Source: Planctomycetota bacterium
GTDB lineage: Bacteria > Planctomycetota > MHYJ01 > WSZJ01
DNA length: 64,000 bases
Direction: 5' to 3'
Assembly: GCA_038060895.1 (NCBI GenBank)
Contig: JBBTCT010000011.1
Location: 1-64,000 of the forward strand
Positions 40,812-50,362 of the stretch are shown here, in pieces. The position numbers were made by a program, and so were the translations under genes. Every line of letters starts with the position of its first letter. The first letter of the stretch is position 1. Under the pieces are notes generated by a model. It saw only the letters and a program-made list of their open reading frames with translations. It was not told the DNA's origin and did no database searches.

Positions 40812-41810
40812 ATGCGCTTCGGAACAGAAGTGATCGCCGCCTCCATTCTTTTGGCGGCTTCAGGCTGCGTTGGGAGTCGACCGCCAGATTCTTCTTCAAT
40901 CCGGGCCACGATCTCCCGCCTCTCCGACCCGGATTCTTTCGTGCGTGATGGCGCTGAAGAGGAACTGGCCAGGGAAGGACTGCCTGCCTCAACGCTTTGT
41001 TTCGAAGCCTTGGCCGCGTGCACCGACGCCGAACAGCGGGTCCGGCTGAACCGAATCTGCAATCGAATTGAGCTGACGCGAACCGAATCTTTGATGCCCG
41101 GAATCTGGGAAGACCAGTGGTTCGCGATAAGCAAAGACGGCGCGGCTTACGGTTGGGAACACGACACGGCGTATCGATACACAGCCGTCGTGGAATCCAC
41201 CCCTGTCCGTGATGCGTCACGAGAGCCGGCGTGGAATTTCAGGTCCGAGTTGTTTCTATTTGGCACCAACCGCGCACCTTCGCTGCGACTTTCGGTCGAG
41301 GCCCTCTGCTGGCGAAACGACACGATGTCGCCAATTCGAGTGACGTGGACACCGGATGCCCCCCTCGCAACCCTGGAATTGACGTTTGACGCAGAAGAGC
41401 AAGCGAGGCGAGTCGTGGTCGTGGTGCACAAGTTTCCTCGCGGTTCAACGCTGATCCTCGATGACTACATCCCGCGCGTCTGCCTCGAGATCAATGCGTC
41501 TCGCATGGTCGAACGCGCCGCGCTGATCGAGCGCCCAGAACTTTCCCTTCGCCTCTTCCGATGCGGCGACCCGCCGGACGGCAAGACGCGCGAGTACACG
41601 GTGAGGCTCGAAGGTCGCGACGTCATGACCTGGGATGGCGAGAAGCACCCGGTGCTGAAGTACGTGGAGGTTGGCCCGCCCGAAGAGACTCGCGACGTCT
41701 ATTACGTGTGCAAGGAACTCGGGCTCATGGCAGGGCGCATTCGGGGTTACGACATCGTGCGGCTTCGCGGAAATCCGTTTGAAGCAACCCTTCCTGCCCG
41801 CGAGAAGTGA
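40812..41810 (+). CDS. putative lipoprotein, hypothetical (paralogue of 41965)
   Basis: LAASGC lipobox; HEAT-like hairpin DSFVRDGAEEELAREG; DQWFAIS..G...EH.TA. Confidence 0.65.
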   Translation: MRFGTEVIAASILLAASGCVGSRPPDSSSIRATISRLSDPDSFVRDGAEEELAREGLPASTLCFEALAACTDAEQRVRLNRICNRIELTRTESLMPGIWEDQWFAISKDGAAYGWEHDTAYRYTAVVESTPVRDASREPAWNFRSELFLFGTNRAPSLRLSVEALCWRNDTMSPIRVTWTPDAPLATLELTFDAEEQARRVVVVVHKFPRGSTLILDDYIPRVCLEINASRMVERAALIERPELSLRLFRCGDPPDGKTREYTVRLEGRDVMTWDGEKHPVLKYVEVGPPEETRDVYYVCKELGLMAGRIRGYDIVRLRGNPFEATLPAREK

Positions 41811-41964
41811 CTGGTGGCGGAATAGCCTTCCGGCGTTCGTTCGCGAATCGGGTTTCCTGTACGATCCGTCGGTGCCGCGAGAACAGGATTCTGCGAAGCC
41901 TCCACTGGAACGCGCTTCGGACGGAAATCCGCCCGTTCGCCGCGCCCGCCTGGCTAACGCTGCG

Positions 41965-43026
41965 ATGACTCTCGCCTCGCTTTTCGTCGCGTCGTGTGCG
42001 ATCTGGCTCGGAGGACGGAGCTGGGGAAAACACGCGCCACGGGATGATCCGCGCCGCAGCTCCGCGCGCGGCATCGACGATCCCATGGGTCTTGCCATCG
42101 AAGAATACGCAACTGGCGATCCATTTCAATGGGAGGCGGCCGAGCGGAGGCTTTGCGAAGACGGGGCACCGGCGCTGGAACGGGTCGAGGCGGAGCTATC
42201 CGCGACAACGGACAAGAGTCGTCTGGCCCGGCTGGAGTTTCTCATGGCGGGGCTGAAGATCTGCAATTCGACGGATGCTTTCGCCTCCGCCTGCCGCGAC
42301 CAGTGGTTTCTCTCCATGCGTGGCAAGACAGCCGAAGCCGTGGAACATCGGACGGCCGAGCTGAGCAAGGGAGAGGGGCCGAAGACCTGGACTTTTAGGA
42401 CGGATGCGTGGGTCAGGGGAAGCGACGGACACGTCCGCTGGGCGAAGCACAAGCTCACGGCGAAACACGACCCGGCGCTGACGCCGGTCGAAGTGGAGCT
42501 CTTCACGTCGCTCGAGGACGGAGGAGGAGAACACACGCTCTGGAGGTTCGACTCCGCACCCTTCGCAGCGCGGGTCCTTCGAAGGAGCCTCAAAGATCTC
42601 TTCGAGGCCCCCCTCGGTCCCGACGAACCGTGGCGCACCGTCACCCTTCACGGACCGATTCGCGGGGCGGTGGTCCTGGACTGGGGAATCGAGCGCGTCC
42701 TGGAGCGCTTCTCGATCGCGGGGTACTCGCGACTCGAATGCACGATCGTGTTGCTTTTGCCCGTCGGTGGGCACGCCTACCAAACCGTCTGGAGGTCCGG
42801 ACCCGAATTCTTACGCGCGGGAGTTTTGGTCAAGACCTGGAAACTCGAGACGCGAACCGGTCCCTACGAACCCGATGACGAATTCGACATCTCGCAGGAG
42901 TCGGGACTCATCGAGCACCGCAAAGCGGCCGATTCGAGCGAGTGGCTTGGATCCCTGGGAGACTCCAGCCCCCTTCGGGCCTCCACCGAAGCAGAATGCC
43001 GCGCGACCGGTCTGGTTCCCCCGTAA
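41965..43026 (+). CDS. membrane-anchored hypothetical protein (paralogue of 40812); start uncertain
   Basis: DPFQWEAAERRLCEDGAPAL...TDKSRLARL; DQWFLSMRG...EHRTA, aligning with the upstream ORF. Confidence 0.6.
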   Translation: MTLASLFVASCAIWLGGRSWGKHAPRDDPRRSSARGIDDPMGLAIEEYATGDPFQWEAAERRLCEDGAPALERVEAELSATTDKSRLARLEFLMAGLKICNSTDAFASACRDQWFLSMRGKTAEAVEHRTAELSKGEGPKTWTFRTDAWVRGSDGHVRWAKHKLTAKHDPALTPVEVELFTSLEDGGGEHTLWRFDSAPFAARVLRRSLKDLFEAPLGPDEPWRTVTLHGPIRGAVVLDWGIERVLERFSIAGYSRLECTIVLLLPVGGHAYQTVWRSGPEFLRAGVLVKTWKLETRTGPYEPDDEFDISQESGLIEHRKAADSSEWLGSLGDSSPLRASTEAECRATGLVPP

Positions 43027-43128
43027 TTTCGCGACGACTCCGGTTGAACTCCTGTCACAATTCTTACGTTTCTTTTGCTAAGATCCGCGCTTCATTGATT
43101 CCTTTTTCGCCACACGGGAGGGAAAGCC

Positions 43129-44433
43129 ATGAAGAGTTTCCGGGTCGCCGCGCTTCTGTGCGCGCTGGCAGCGGTCTGCTTCGCGGACAAGGTGAGTCTC
43201 AAGGACGGTCGCTCTTACGAGGGCGTCGTCCTCGAGGAAACCGACACGTTCGTGAAGATCAAGACGGCCAAGGCGACGCTGACGTTCCAGAAGGACCAGG
43301 TGACTTCGATCGAGAAAATCGCGGGCGGCGCCCTCTCCGAACGCGAGACGAAGCTCGCCGCGCTCGACCCGGGCAAGCCGGTCGGATACCTCGAGGTCGC
43401 TTACTGGATCACCGGCAAAGGCAAGGAAGCCTACGACCTCCCCACCCTCCGCCGCCTCTGCGCCGCCGCTTCAAAACTCGACCCGAAACAGGCGTACGAC
43501 GCGCAGATGGTGCTGGGGAAGAAGCTCGAAGAAGCCTCGATGAAGCGCGAAGCGGCGCTGGCGTTCGCGCGGGCGCAACTGGCGAAGCCGGGCGATCCGG
43601 AAGTCCGGTCGCGGCTGGACAACCTGCGGCAGGGACTGCGCGACGCAGCGAAAGTTGAAATGCAGGACCTCGCGGCGGCGCTCGAGCTGGTCATCGCGCA
43701 GGACTACGCGGCCGCACTTCCGAAACTCCAGAAGTCCGAGACTCTCGCGATGGCGGAGGAAGCCAACACGCAGATCGGGATGTCGATCGAGGCGTTGACG
43801 AAGGACGTGGCAAAGCGGGTGAAGTGCAAGACGTGCGAAGGGACGGCGGTGACGACGTGCATCGGGTGCGAGGGGGACGGGCTGATCACCTGCAACGTGT
43901 GCGACGGATTGGGATCGAGGAAGGGGTTTTCGGCCGGGAAGGAAGAGGAAGGGTTCTCGAGTTCCGTTTGCCGTTCCTGTTACGGCGTCGGATCGCTTCT
44001 GTGCGCGAAGTGCAAGGCCGAGCGGGACATCACGATGACATTCCTCTGCAGGGAGCTGCCGCTGCCGAAGTGGGATTACGTGGCGCCGGTCACGGTTCAC
44101 GCGAAGTTCAGCCAGGAGTTGTCTGCGATCAAGACGGCGATCGACGCGATCAAGTACTGCCACAAGACCATGCGGAACCCGGTCACTTCGATTTCCGGAG
44201 GCGGCGCCACGGTCGGCGGAATGACGAACTGCGGCACGTGCCAGGGAGTGAAGTACGCGCCACCGAACACTCCCCCGCCGACGGACCAGATCCGGGCGTA
44301 TGTGGCCGACATCCAGAACCGGATCAACGGACAGAAACCGTACGAGGTCGTGCCGAGGGTCACGGAAGTGTTCGACAAGTCCGCGCTGATTGATGAGTGC
44401 CTGCGGTACCGGAACGGGACCTGGGTGAAATAG
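43129..44433 (+). CDS. exported LKDG-module protein with six CxxC (DnaJ-type Zn-finger-like) motifs, copy 1
   Basis: SD GGGAGG; signal peptide; DKVSLKDGRSYEG; CKTC, CIGC, CNVC, CRSC, CAKC, CGTC; ends RNGTWVK. Confidence 0.85.
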   Translation: MKSFRVAALLCALAAVCFADKVSLKDGRSYEGVVLEETDTFVKIKTAKATLTFQKDQVTSIEKIAGGALSERETKLAALDPGKPVGYLEVAYWITGKGKEAYDLPTLRRLCAAASKLDPKQAYDAQMVLGKKLEEASMKREAALAFARAQLAKPGDPEVRSRLDNLRQGLRDAAKVEMQDLAAALELVIAQDYAAALPKLQKSETLAMAEEANTQIGMSIEALTKDVAKRVKCKTCEGTAVTTCIGCEGDGLITCNVCDGLGSRKGFSAGKEEEGFSSSVCRSCYGVGSLLCAKCKAERDITMTFLCRELPLPKWDYVAPVTVHAKFSQELSAIKTAIDAIKYCHKTMRNPVTSISGGGATVGGMTNCGTCQGVKYAPPNTPPPTDQIRAYVADIQNRINGQKPYEVVPRVTEVFDKSALIDECLRYRNGTWVK

Positions 44434-44442
44434 GCGAACCGA

Positions 44443-45744
44443 TTGCGACGGATACTTCCTGCGCTGGCCTGCCTGATTCTCGTCCTCGCGACGGCTCCTG
44501 AGGCCTTCGCGGACAGGATCGTGCTCAAGAACGGGAAGGCGTACGAAGGGACAATCGTCGAGCAGACGGACGCCCTCGTGAAAATCCGGACCGCGAAGGC
44601 GACCCTCTCGTTCCAGATGGACCAGGTCGCTTCCGTGGAAAAGGGCGAATGGGCCCTCGGGGAACTCGAAAAGCGGCTCTCGGCGCTCGATCCGTCGAAG
44701 CCGGGCGCGTACCTGGACGCAGCGCGTTACATGGCAGGGCCGGGGCGCGAGGGATTCGACCTGCCGACATTTCTCCGCCTGTGCGAAATCGCTTCGAGCC
44801 TCGACCAGGGGCTGGCGTTCGACGCGCAGACGCTTCTCGCAAAGGAACTGGGCGCCGCGGGAGAGAAGCGCGCCGCTTCCCGCGCCATGCGCCGGGCGCT
44901 GGTCGCGCGCCCCGGGGACGCCGGGACGCTTCGCGCCCTGGAACCGCTGAACAAGGAAGTCGTCAGGCTGGCCGAGCTCCAGATGAAGAACCTGGTCACC
45001 GCGCTGGACGAGGTGCTCTGCGACTCTCTCGACCTGGCCGCGCCGAAACTCCAGCCCATGGACCCGGCGCTGATGCCGGAGGACGTCCTGCGCGAGCTCA
45101 AGGTTCCCTTCGAGAAGTTCACCGCCGACATCCGGAGCCGCGTGCGCTGCAAGACGTGCGCAGGCCAGCGCATCCTGAAGTGCCCGGGTTGCGTCACGCC
45201 GGGCGAAAACGTCTGCAAGGCCTGCGCGGGCCAGGGCCGCACTCCGGCGGCGGTCGCCAAGAACGACCCCGAAGCGAAGTTCGGCGAGACGGTCTGCCTC
45301 GCATGTCACGGCGTCGGCCTCGAGTTGTGCAAGGAGTGCAAGGCGACGCGGCAGATCACGATCGAATTCAAGCCGATCGGGAAGAAACCGAAGAGCCCGG
45401 TGGTCGTCAACGCCGAAGCGGGGCGCGAGGCGGAAGCGATCAACAAGGTCGTGGACCCGAAGACCTGGCGATCACGCGAGGACGGAGGGTATGTCTCCGG
45501 AATCGTCGCCGGGAGCGTCAAGGGCGGCGGCGAGATCACCTGCCCGGCGTGCCAGGGCGCGATCTACTCTCCTCCCATGACTCCGATCGACAGCGACTCG
45601 GTCCAGGCCACGCGCGACGCCGCGAGCAAGTACGTCGAGGGACTCAAGACCTGGGATCCTCTCGGGTTCGAGCCGGCCGCGTACGACCAGGACGTTGTGC
45701 GCGACGGGTGCTTCCGGAGACAGAAAGGCAAGTGGGTAAAATGA
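44443..45744 (+). CDS. exported LKNG-module protein with six CxxC motifs, copy 2
   Basis: TTG start; DRIVLKNGKAYEG; CKTC, CPGC, CKAC, CLAC, CKEC, CPAC; ends QKGKWVK. Confidence 0.85.
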   Translation: MRRILPALACLILVLATAPEAFADRIVLKNGKAYEGTIVEQTDALVKIRTAKATLSFQMDQVASVEKGEWALGELEKRLSALDPSKPGAYLDAARYMAGPGREGFDLPTFLRLCEIASSLDQGLAFDAQTLLAKELGAAGEKRAASRAMRRALVARPGDAGTLRALEPLNKEVVRLAELQMKNLVTALDEVLCDSLDLAAPKLQPMDPALMPEDVLRELKVPFEKFTADIRSRVRCKTCAGQRILKCPGCVTPGENVCKACAGQGRTPAAVAKNDPEAKFGETVCLACHGVGLELCKECKATRQITIEFKPIGKKPKSPVVVNAEAGREAEAINKVVDPKTWRSREDGGYVSGIVAGSVKGGGEITCPACQGAIYSPPMTPIDSDSVQATRDAASKYVEGLKTWDPLGFEPAAYDQDVVRDGCFRRQKGKWVK

Positions 45745-45844
45745 GCGCGCCGTTGAATCTCAGATTCCGCTGGATGAACGGGTAGCCGGAAGAGTAAATA
45801 GAGCACGGCCCTTCTTCCCGAAACTTCCCCTCGGAGACTCTTCC

Positions 45845-47116
45845 GTGAAGACACTCCTGCGACTGTCGCTTCTCGCGGCCTGCGCCGCGTTCGTCTACGC
45901 CGACAAGGTCACGCTGAAGGACGGACGCGTCTTCGAAGGCGAAATCATCGAGGAAGACGCGGACCACGTGAAGATCAAGACCGCCAAGACTGCGCTTGCC
46001 TTCAAGACGGAGGAGATCGCGAGCGTCGAAAAGGGGATGTCCCCGGTCCAGGAGCGCGCCCAGCGGCTGGAAGCGCTGGACGGCGAGAACGGCGCTCCTT
46101 ATCTCGAGACGGCCGTGTGGCTGACGGAGTGTCCGAAGGACGTGCAGGACGAGAAGATCATCCGCCGGCTGTGCAATGCGGCGGCCTTCCTGGACCCGGA
46201 GTCCGCGGCGGCCGCGCAGAATCTTCTGGGCAACTGGCTGCTGGCCGCCGGCAAGCGGCCCGACGCGGCGGATGCGTTTGCGCGAGTCCTGAAGGTGGAC
46301 GCGAACAACGCGAACGCCCGCAAACAGCTGGAGTCGCTGAACACGGAGATCGTCGCAAAGGCCCGCAAGGACCTGGAAGCGCTCAAGAAGGCCATGCATC
46401 CGCTTCGTGAACTTCGTTTCGCGGACGCGATCCCCCTGATGCGGAAAGCGAACAAGCTGTACTTCGCGGACAAGTGCCAGCAGTACGTGAAAATGACGAT
46501 CGACGAGCTCGCGGACGATCTTCAGCGGCGCGTGCCCTGCGCGTCGTGCAAGGGAGCCGCGACCCGGCCGTGCACCGTGTGCAAAGGGAAAGGAACAACG
46601 GAGTGCGTCCAGTGCAAAGGGACCGGCATCCGGAAGTCGGCGCCGCCGAAGCCCACGTTCGCGCAGGAGATCTGCACGCACTGCTACCACACCGGGGTGC
46701 TGCTGTGCACGGGATGTGACGCGGAGCGGTGGCTCACGGTGCACTACGCCAGGGAAGTCGATGGAAAAAAGGCGGTCGATATCAAGATCATGTCGGGCGT
46801 CGAGAAAGTGGAGCTGTCCAAAGTCCTGTCCCTCTCGAAATGGACGAGCCGGGATGGCGGAACCAAGATCACTTCCATCGTGGCAGGCGCCGTCGTCAAG
46901 GGCGGCACTTTCACCTGCCGCGAATGCAAGGGGATCAAGTTCGATCCGCCGCCGGGAGAGGTGAACACGTTCGGCATTACGGACTACCTGAACGCGATCG
47001 ACGCGCGCCTGGACGGGAAGGAAAAAATCGAGGGCGTCGCAATCCCGGAACAGGCGTACGACGAGGCGGACGTGGCGGACAAGAAGTTCATCTGGAAGAA
47101 CGGGAAATGGGAGTAG
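45845..47116 (+). CDS. exported LKDG-module protein with six CxxC motifs, copy 3
   Basis: GTG start; DKVTLKDGRVFEG; CASC, CTVC, CVQC, CTHC, CTGC, CREC; ends KNGKWE. Confidence 0.85.
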   Translation: MKTLLRLSLLAACAAFVYADKVTLKDGRVFEGEIIEEDADHVKIKTAKTALAFKTEEIASVEKGMSPVQERAQRLEALDGENGAPYLETAVWLTECPKDVQDEKIIRRLCNAAAFLDPESAAAAQNLLGNWLLAAGKRPDAADAFARVLKVDANNANARKQLESLNTEIVAKARKDLEALKKAMHPLRELRFADAIPLMRKANKLYFADKCQQYVKMTIDELADDLQRRVPCASCKGAATRPCTVCKGKGTTECVQCKGTGIRKSAPPKPTFAQEICTHCYHTGVLLCTGCDAERWLTVHYAREVDGKKAVDIKIMSGVEKVELSKVLSLSKWTSRDGGTKITSIVAGAVVKGGTFTCRECKGIKFDPPPGEVNTFGITDYLNAIDARLDGKEKIEGVAIPEQAYDEADVADKKFIWKNGKWE

Positions 47117-47126
47117 GCGGCAGGCT

Positions 47127-48521
47127 CTACAAGTCGTAACTCTCACCCAGCGCCGGCGCCTCGACCTTTCCAAATCCGGCCGCCTTCATCCCGTCCCTCA
47201 TCGCCGTGACCTGCTCTTCTTCGCCGTGCACGCAGAACGCCGCGGACGCCTTCTTCTGCGTCACAGCGTGCTCCAGCAGTTCCGCTCTTCCCGCGTGCTG
47301 GCTCATTCCTTCCAGCCGCACGATTTCCGCCTTGACCGGATACTCCACGCCGAAAATCCTTGCGACCGGCGACCCGTCGGCCAGGCGGCGCCCCAGCGTG
47401 TGCTGCGCGCAGAATCCGACGATCAACACCGTGTTCCTCGGGTCCATCACACCGTGCTTCAAGTGATGCAGCACGCGCCCTCCCTCGCACATCCCGCTCG
47501 CCGCGATCACCAGGTAAGGCCCCTGCCGCGCATTCAGCGTTTTCGATTCGTCCGCCGAGCGCAAATACGTCAACGCCTGGAAACCGAACGGGTCCCCGGG
47601 AATCCCGTCGTTGAAATACTTGAGTGTCTGCTCGTCGAAACACTCCGGATGCAGCTTGTAGACCCCCGTCACGTTGATCGAAAGCGGCGAGTCGACAAAA
47701 ATCGGAATCGGCGGCAACTTCCCTTCCACCCACAACTCGTGCAACAGGTACGTCAGGCTCTGCGCCCTGCCCAGCGCAAATGCCGGAACGATCACGTGCC
47801 CGCCCCTCTCCGTCGTCCGCTTCACCACTTCCAGGAGCTTCGCCCTGGCATCCGCGACGTCCCCCCCATGGTCACGGTTCCCATAGGTGCTTTCCGTGAT
47901 GTACACGTCCCCCTGCTCGACGGTCTGCGGGTCGCGGAGGATCGGGAAGTGCTTCCTGCCCAGATCACCGGTGAAGACGACCGACCTGGAGGCTCCGTTC
48001 TGCCGCTCGCACAACACCGTCACCGCGGATCCGAGGATGTGCCCGGCATCCGCGAATTTCCCCGTCACTCCAGGCAGCACGTCGAACACGCGTCCGTACG
48101 GCACCGAGACCATCCGCTGAATCGCGGCCCGCGCGTCGTCCAGCGTGTACAACGGTTTCACTTCCGGCTCGCTCGGACGCTTCTGCCGGTTCAGGTAGGA
48201 AGCATCGGACATCTGGATGCTCGCGCTGTCGAGAAGCATGGCCGAGGCGATGTCGCGCGTGCCGTGCGTGCACCAGATGTTCCCGTCGAAGCCGTTCTTC
48301 ACCAGCAGCGGCAGGTTTCCGGCGTGATCGATGTGCGCGTGCGACAGGACGCACGCCGCGACGGACTTCGCCTCGAACCCGAACTCGCGGTTCCGCTTCT
48401 CCGCTTCCCGCCGCGGTCCCTGCACCAGCCCGCAATCGAGAAGGACATTTCCTGAAGCGGTCTGGACGAGGTGTCGCGATCCGGTCACGCTGCGGGCCGC
48501 GCCGTGGAAGGTGATTTTCAT
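47127..48521 (-). CDS. MBL-fold beta-CASP RNA-processing metallo-hydrolase
   Basis: MKITFHGAARSVTGS, LSHAHIDHAG, AGHILGSA, FTGDLG, ESTYG, AASGMCEGGR, SQHAG, VHGE. Confidence 0.93.
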   Translation of the reverse strand: MKITFHGAARSVTGSRHLVQTASGNVLLDCGLVQGPRREAEKRNREFGFEAKSVAACVLSHAHIDHAGNLPLLVKNGFDGNIWCTHGTRDIASAMLLDSASIQMSDASYLNRQKRPSEPEVKPLYTLDDARAAIQRMVSVPYGRVFDVLPGVTGKFADAGHILGSAVTVLCERQNGASRSVVFTGDLGRKHFPILRDPQTVEQGDVYITESTYGNRDHGGDVADARAKLLEVVKRTTERGGHVIVPAFALGRAQSLTYLLHELWVEGKLPPIPIFVDSPLSINVTGVYKLHPECFDEQTLKYFNDGIPGDPFGFQALTYLRSADESKTLNARQGPYLVIAASGMCEGGRVLHHLKHGVMDPRNTVLIVGFCAQHTLGRRLADGSPVARIFGVEYPVKAEIVRLEGMSQHAGRAELLEHAVTQKKASAAFCVHGEEEQVTAMRDGMKAAGFGKVEAPALGESYDL

Positions 48522-48577
48522 GGAAGCAGCGTCGGCGCGAAGAGCCGGAGTGTCAACAGTACACGCCGGCCAGACCG

Positions 48578-50314
48578 TTACTTGTCGGCCTCGACCAGCC
48601 GGTTCTTCCCGCCATACTTCGCCCGGTACTGCGCCGCGTCCGCGCGCGCAATCAGGCTCTCCGGAGTGTCGCCGCTTCTCAACTCCGCCAACCCGATCGA
48701 CGCCGTGATCCGGATCTTCCCGACCGCGCCGCCGTCGATTTCCGCCGACCTCACCGCCTCCAGCACCGAGAGACACACGGCTCTCGCTTCCGAGAGCGTC
48801 GCCCCCGGGAAAATCACGGCGAATTCCTCGCCTCCGTACCGCGCCGGGAAATCGGCGGGGCGCACGGACCGCTTCACCGCGTCTCCGATGGCGCGAAGGA
48901 CGGCGTCGCCGGCCGGGTGGCCGTGCGTGTCGTTCACTTTCTTGAAGTCGTCGAGGTCCGCGATCGCGAGCGAGAGCGGGCGCCGGGATTTCTGCGCGGC
49001 GGCGAGATAAACCTCGAGCTTGTAGAAAAAATGCTGCCGCACGAAGAGCCGGGTGAGCGAGTCGACGGTGGCGCGCTCATAAAGGCGGGCGTTGTGGAGC
49101 GCGACGCCGACCGCGCGGGCGAGGACGGCGAGGAGCTCGAGGTCGCGTTCATTGAAGGGACGGCCGCCGATTTTGTCGGCGACGTTGATGGCGCCCAGAA
49201 GATCGGCGCCCTCGGAGGCGGAAGCGAAGATGGGGACGATGGCGAACGAATCGGTTTTGAAGCGCTTGGAGCGGGAGTAGCCCTCCGGGGGCTGGCCGGT
49301 CGCGGGATCGGGGCAGAGGAGGGACTTCCCGGTGGCGAGGACGCGGCCGCACATGCCTTCGCCTACCTTGATGAGGTGCTGGGTGGGATCGGTCTTGCGC
49401 GGGTTGACGGCGCGGACGATTCGGGCCGACTTTCCGCCGGGCTCGAGCTCGGCAATGGAAACGTGAGAGGCCTTGAAAATCGAGCGTGCGAATCCGACGG
49501 CCTCGCCGAGAATCGGCTCGCGCTCGAGATAGCCGGAGAGCCACATCGTGGCTTTCTCGATCGACATCAGGAGCCGGCTGTACTCCTCCATCTGCCGTGC
49601 GTTCCGGCTGTTCTCGGCAGCGACGGCGGCGATCAGCGACATGGCCGTGAGCAACTCCACGTCGCGCTCCGGCAGTCCTCCCGGCTCGGGCCCCTCGATC
49701 ACGAGGGCGCCGAGCGCGTGCGTCCGCGCGGCGAGCGGCAGGACGAGCAGCACGCCTGAAGTTGCAGCTCCGCCCGCGACGACGGCGTTCTGAAGCGCCG
49801 GAAGGGTCGGATAGGAAGCCTCGAGCAACGGAGGGGCCTCGCTTCCGCGCGCGCAAGCCGCCACGCGCTCCAGGTTTCCGCCGTCCTCGGTGGAAAGCCA
49901 TGCGGCGGCGCGCCGGGCGGCCGTTTCCTCGAGCAGGACCGCGAGCGCCGTCCCCAGGGCAGCCGGGAGGTCCTGCCCGCCGGTCAGGACGGCGGCGACC
50001 CGGTAGAGCGCGCCGAGGTGAGGGACGCGGCGGTCGATCGTCGAGGTATCCTCGTTGCGAAAGAGGAAGCGGACGCCGGCGAGCGCGATGACGTCGCCTG
50101 TCCGGAGCGCGTGTTCCCTGGTTTCGGCGTCGTTGACCCGGAATGGGTGGGCGGCGGTTGCGACGTAGCGCCTGCCGGCGTGGCGGATTTCCACTCCATC
50201 GCGAGCTCCGGGAACCGGGATGGCGTCGGATTCGGGCCCGCCGAGCAGCACGACGGCGCCGAGGGGGAAGCGCTGTCCGGTTGAAGGCCCGTCGAGGGAG
50301 AGGAGGAAAGACAT
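48578..50314 (-). CDS. diguanylate cyclase with degenerate FHA-like and two GAF domains
   Basis: N-terminal FHA-like fold (LRTGDVIAL), two GAF segments, DSLTRLF, RPAD I-site, RYGGEEF. Confidence 0.9.
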   Translation of the reverse strand: MSFLLSLDGPSTGQRFPLGAVVLLGGPESDAIPVPGARDGVEIRHAGRRYVATAAHPFRVNDAETREHALRTGDVIALAGVRFLFRNEDTSTIDRRVPHLGALYRVAAVLTGGQDLPAALGTALAVLLEETAARRAAAWLSTEDGGNLERVAACARGSEAPPLLEASYPTLPALQNAVVAGGAATSGVLLVLPLAARTHALGALVIEGPEPGGLPERDVELLTAMSLIAAVAAENSRNARQMEEYSRLLMSIEKATMWLSGYLEREPILGEAVGFARSIFKASHVSIAELEPGGKSARIVRAVNPRKTDPTQHLIKVGEGMCGRVLATGKSLLCPDPATGQPPEGYSRSKRFKTDSFAIVPIFASASEGADLLGAINVADKIGGRPFNERDLELLAVLARAVGVALHNARLYERATVDSLTRLFVRQHFFYKLEVYLAAAQKSRRPLSLAIADLDDFKKVNDTHGHPAGDAVLRAIGDAVKRSVRPADFPARYGGEEFAVIFPGATLSEARAVCLSVLEAVRSAEIDGGAVGKIRITASIGLAELRSGDTPESLIARADAAQYRAKYGGKNRLVEADK

Positions 50315-50362
50315 CGAGGGGATTGTAGCGGGGCGATGGGATGCGCGAAGAAAGGACTGACG

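Noticed and set aside
45295-45309. CLACH as a c-type haem-binding motif
   Set aside because: The His is not conserved in the two paralogues (CRSCY, CTHCY); it fits the CxxCxGxG finger pattern instead.
43129-47116. Calling the trio dnaJ because of CxxCxGxG motifs and proximity to groESL
   Set aside because: No J-domain or HPD motif; they have signal peptides and six rather than four CxxC motifs.
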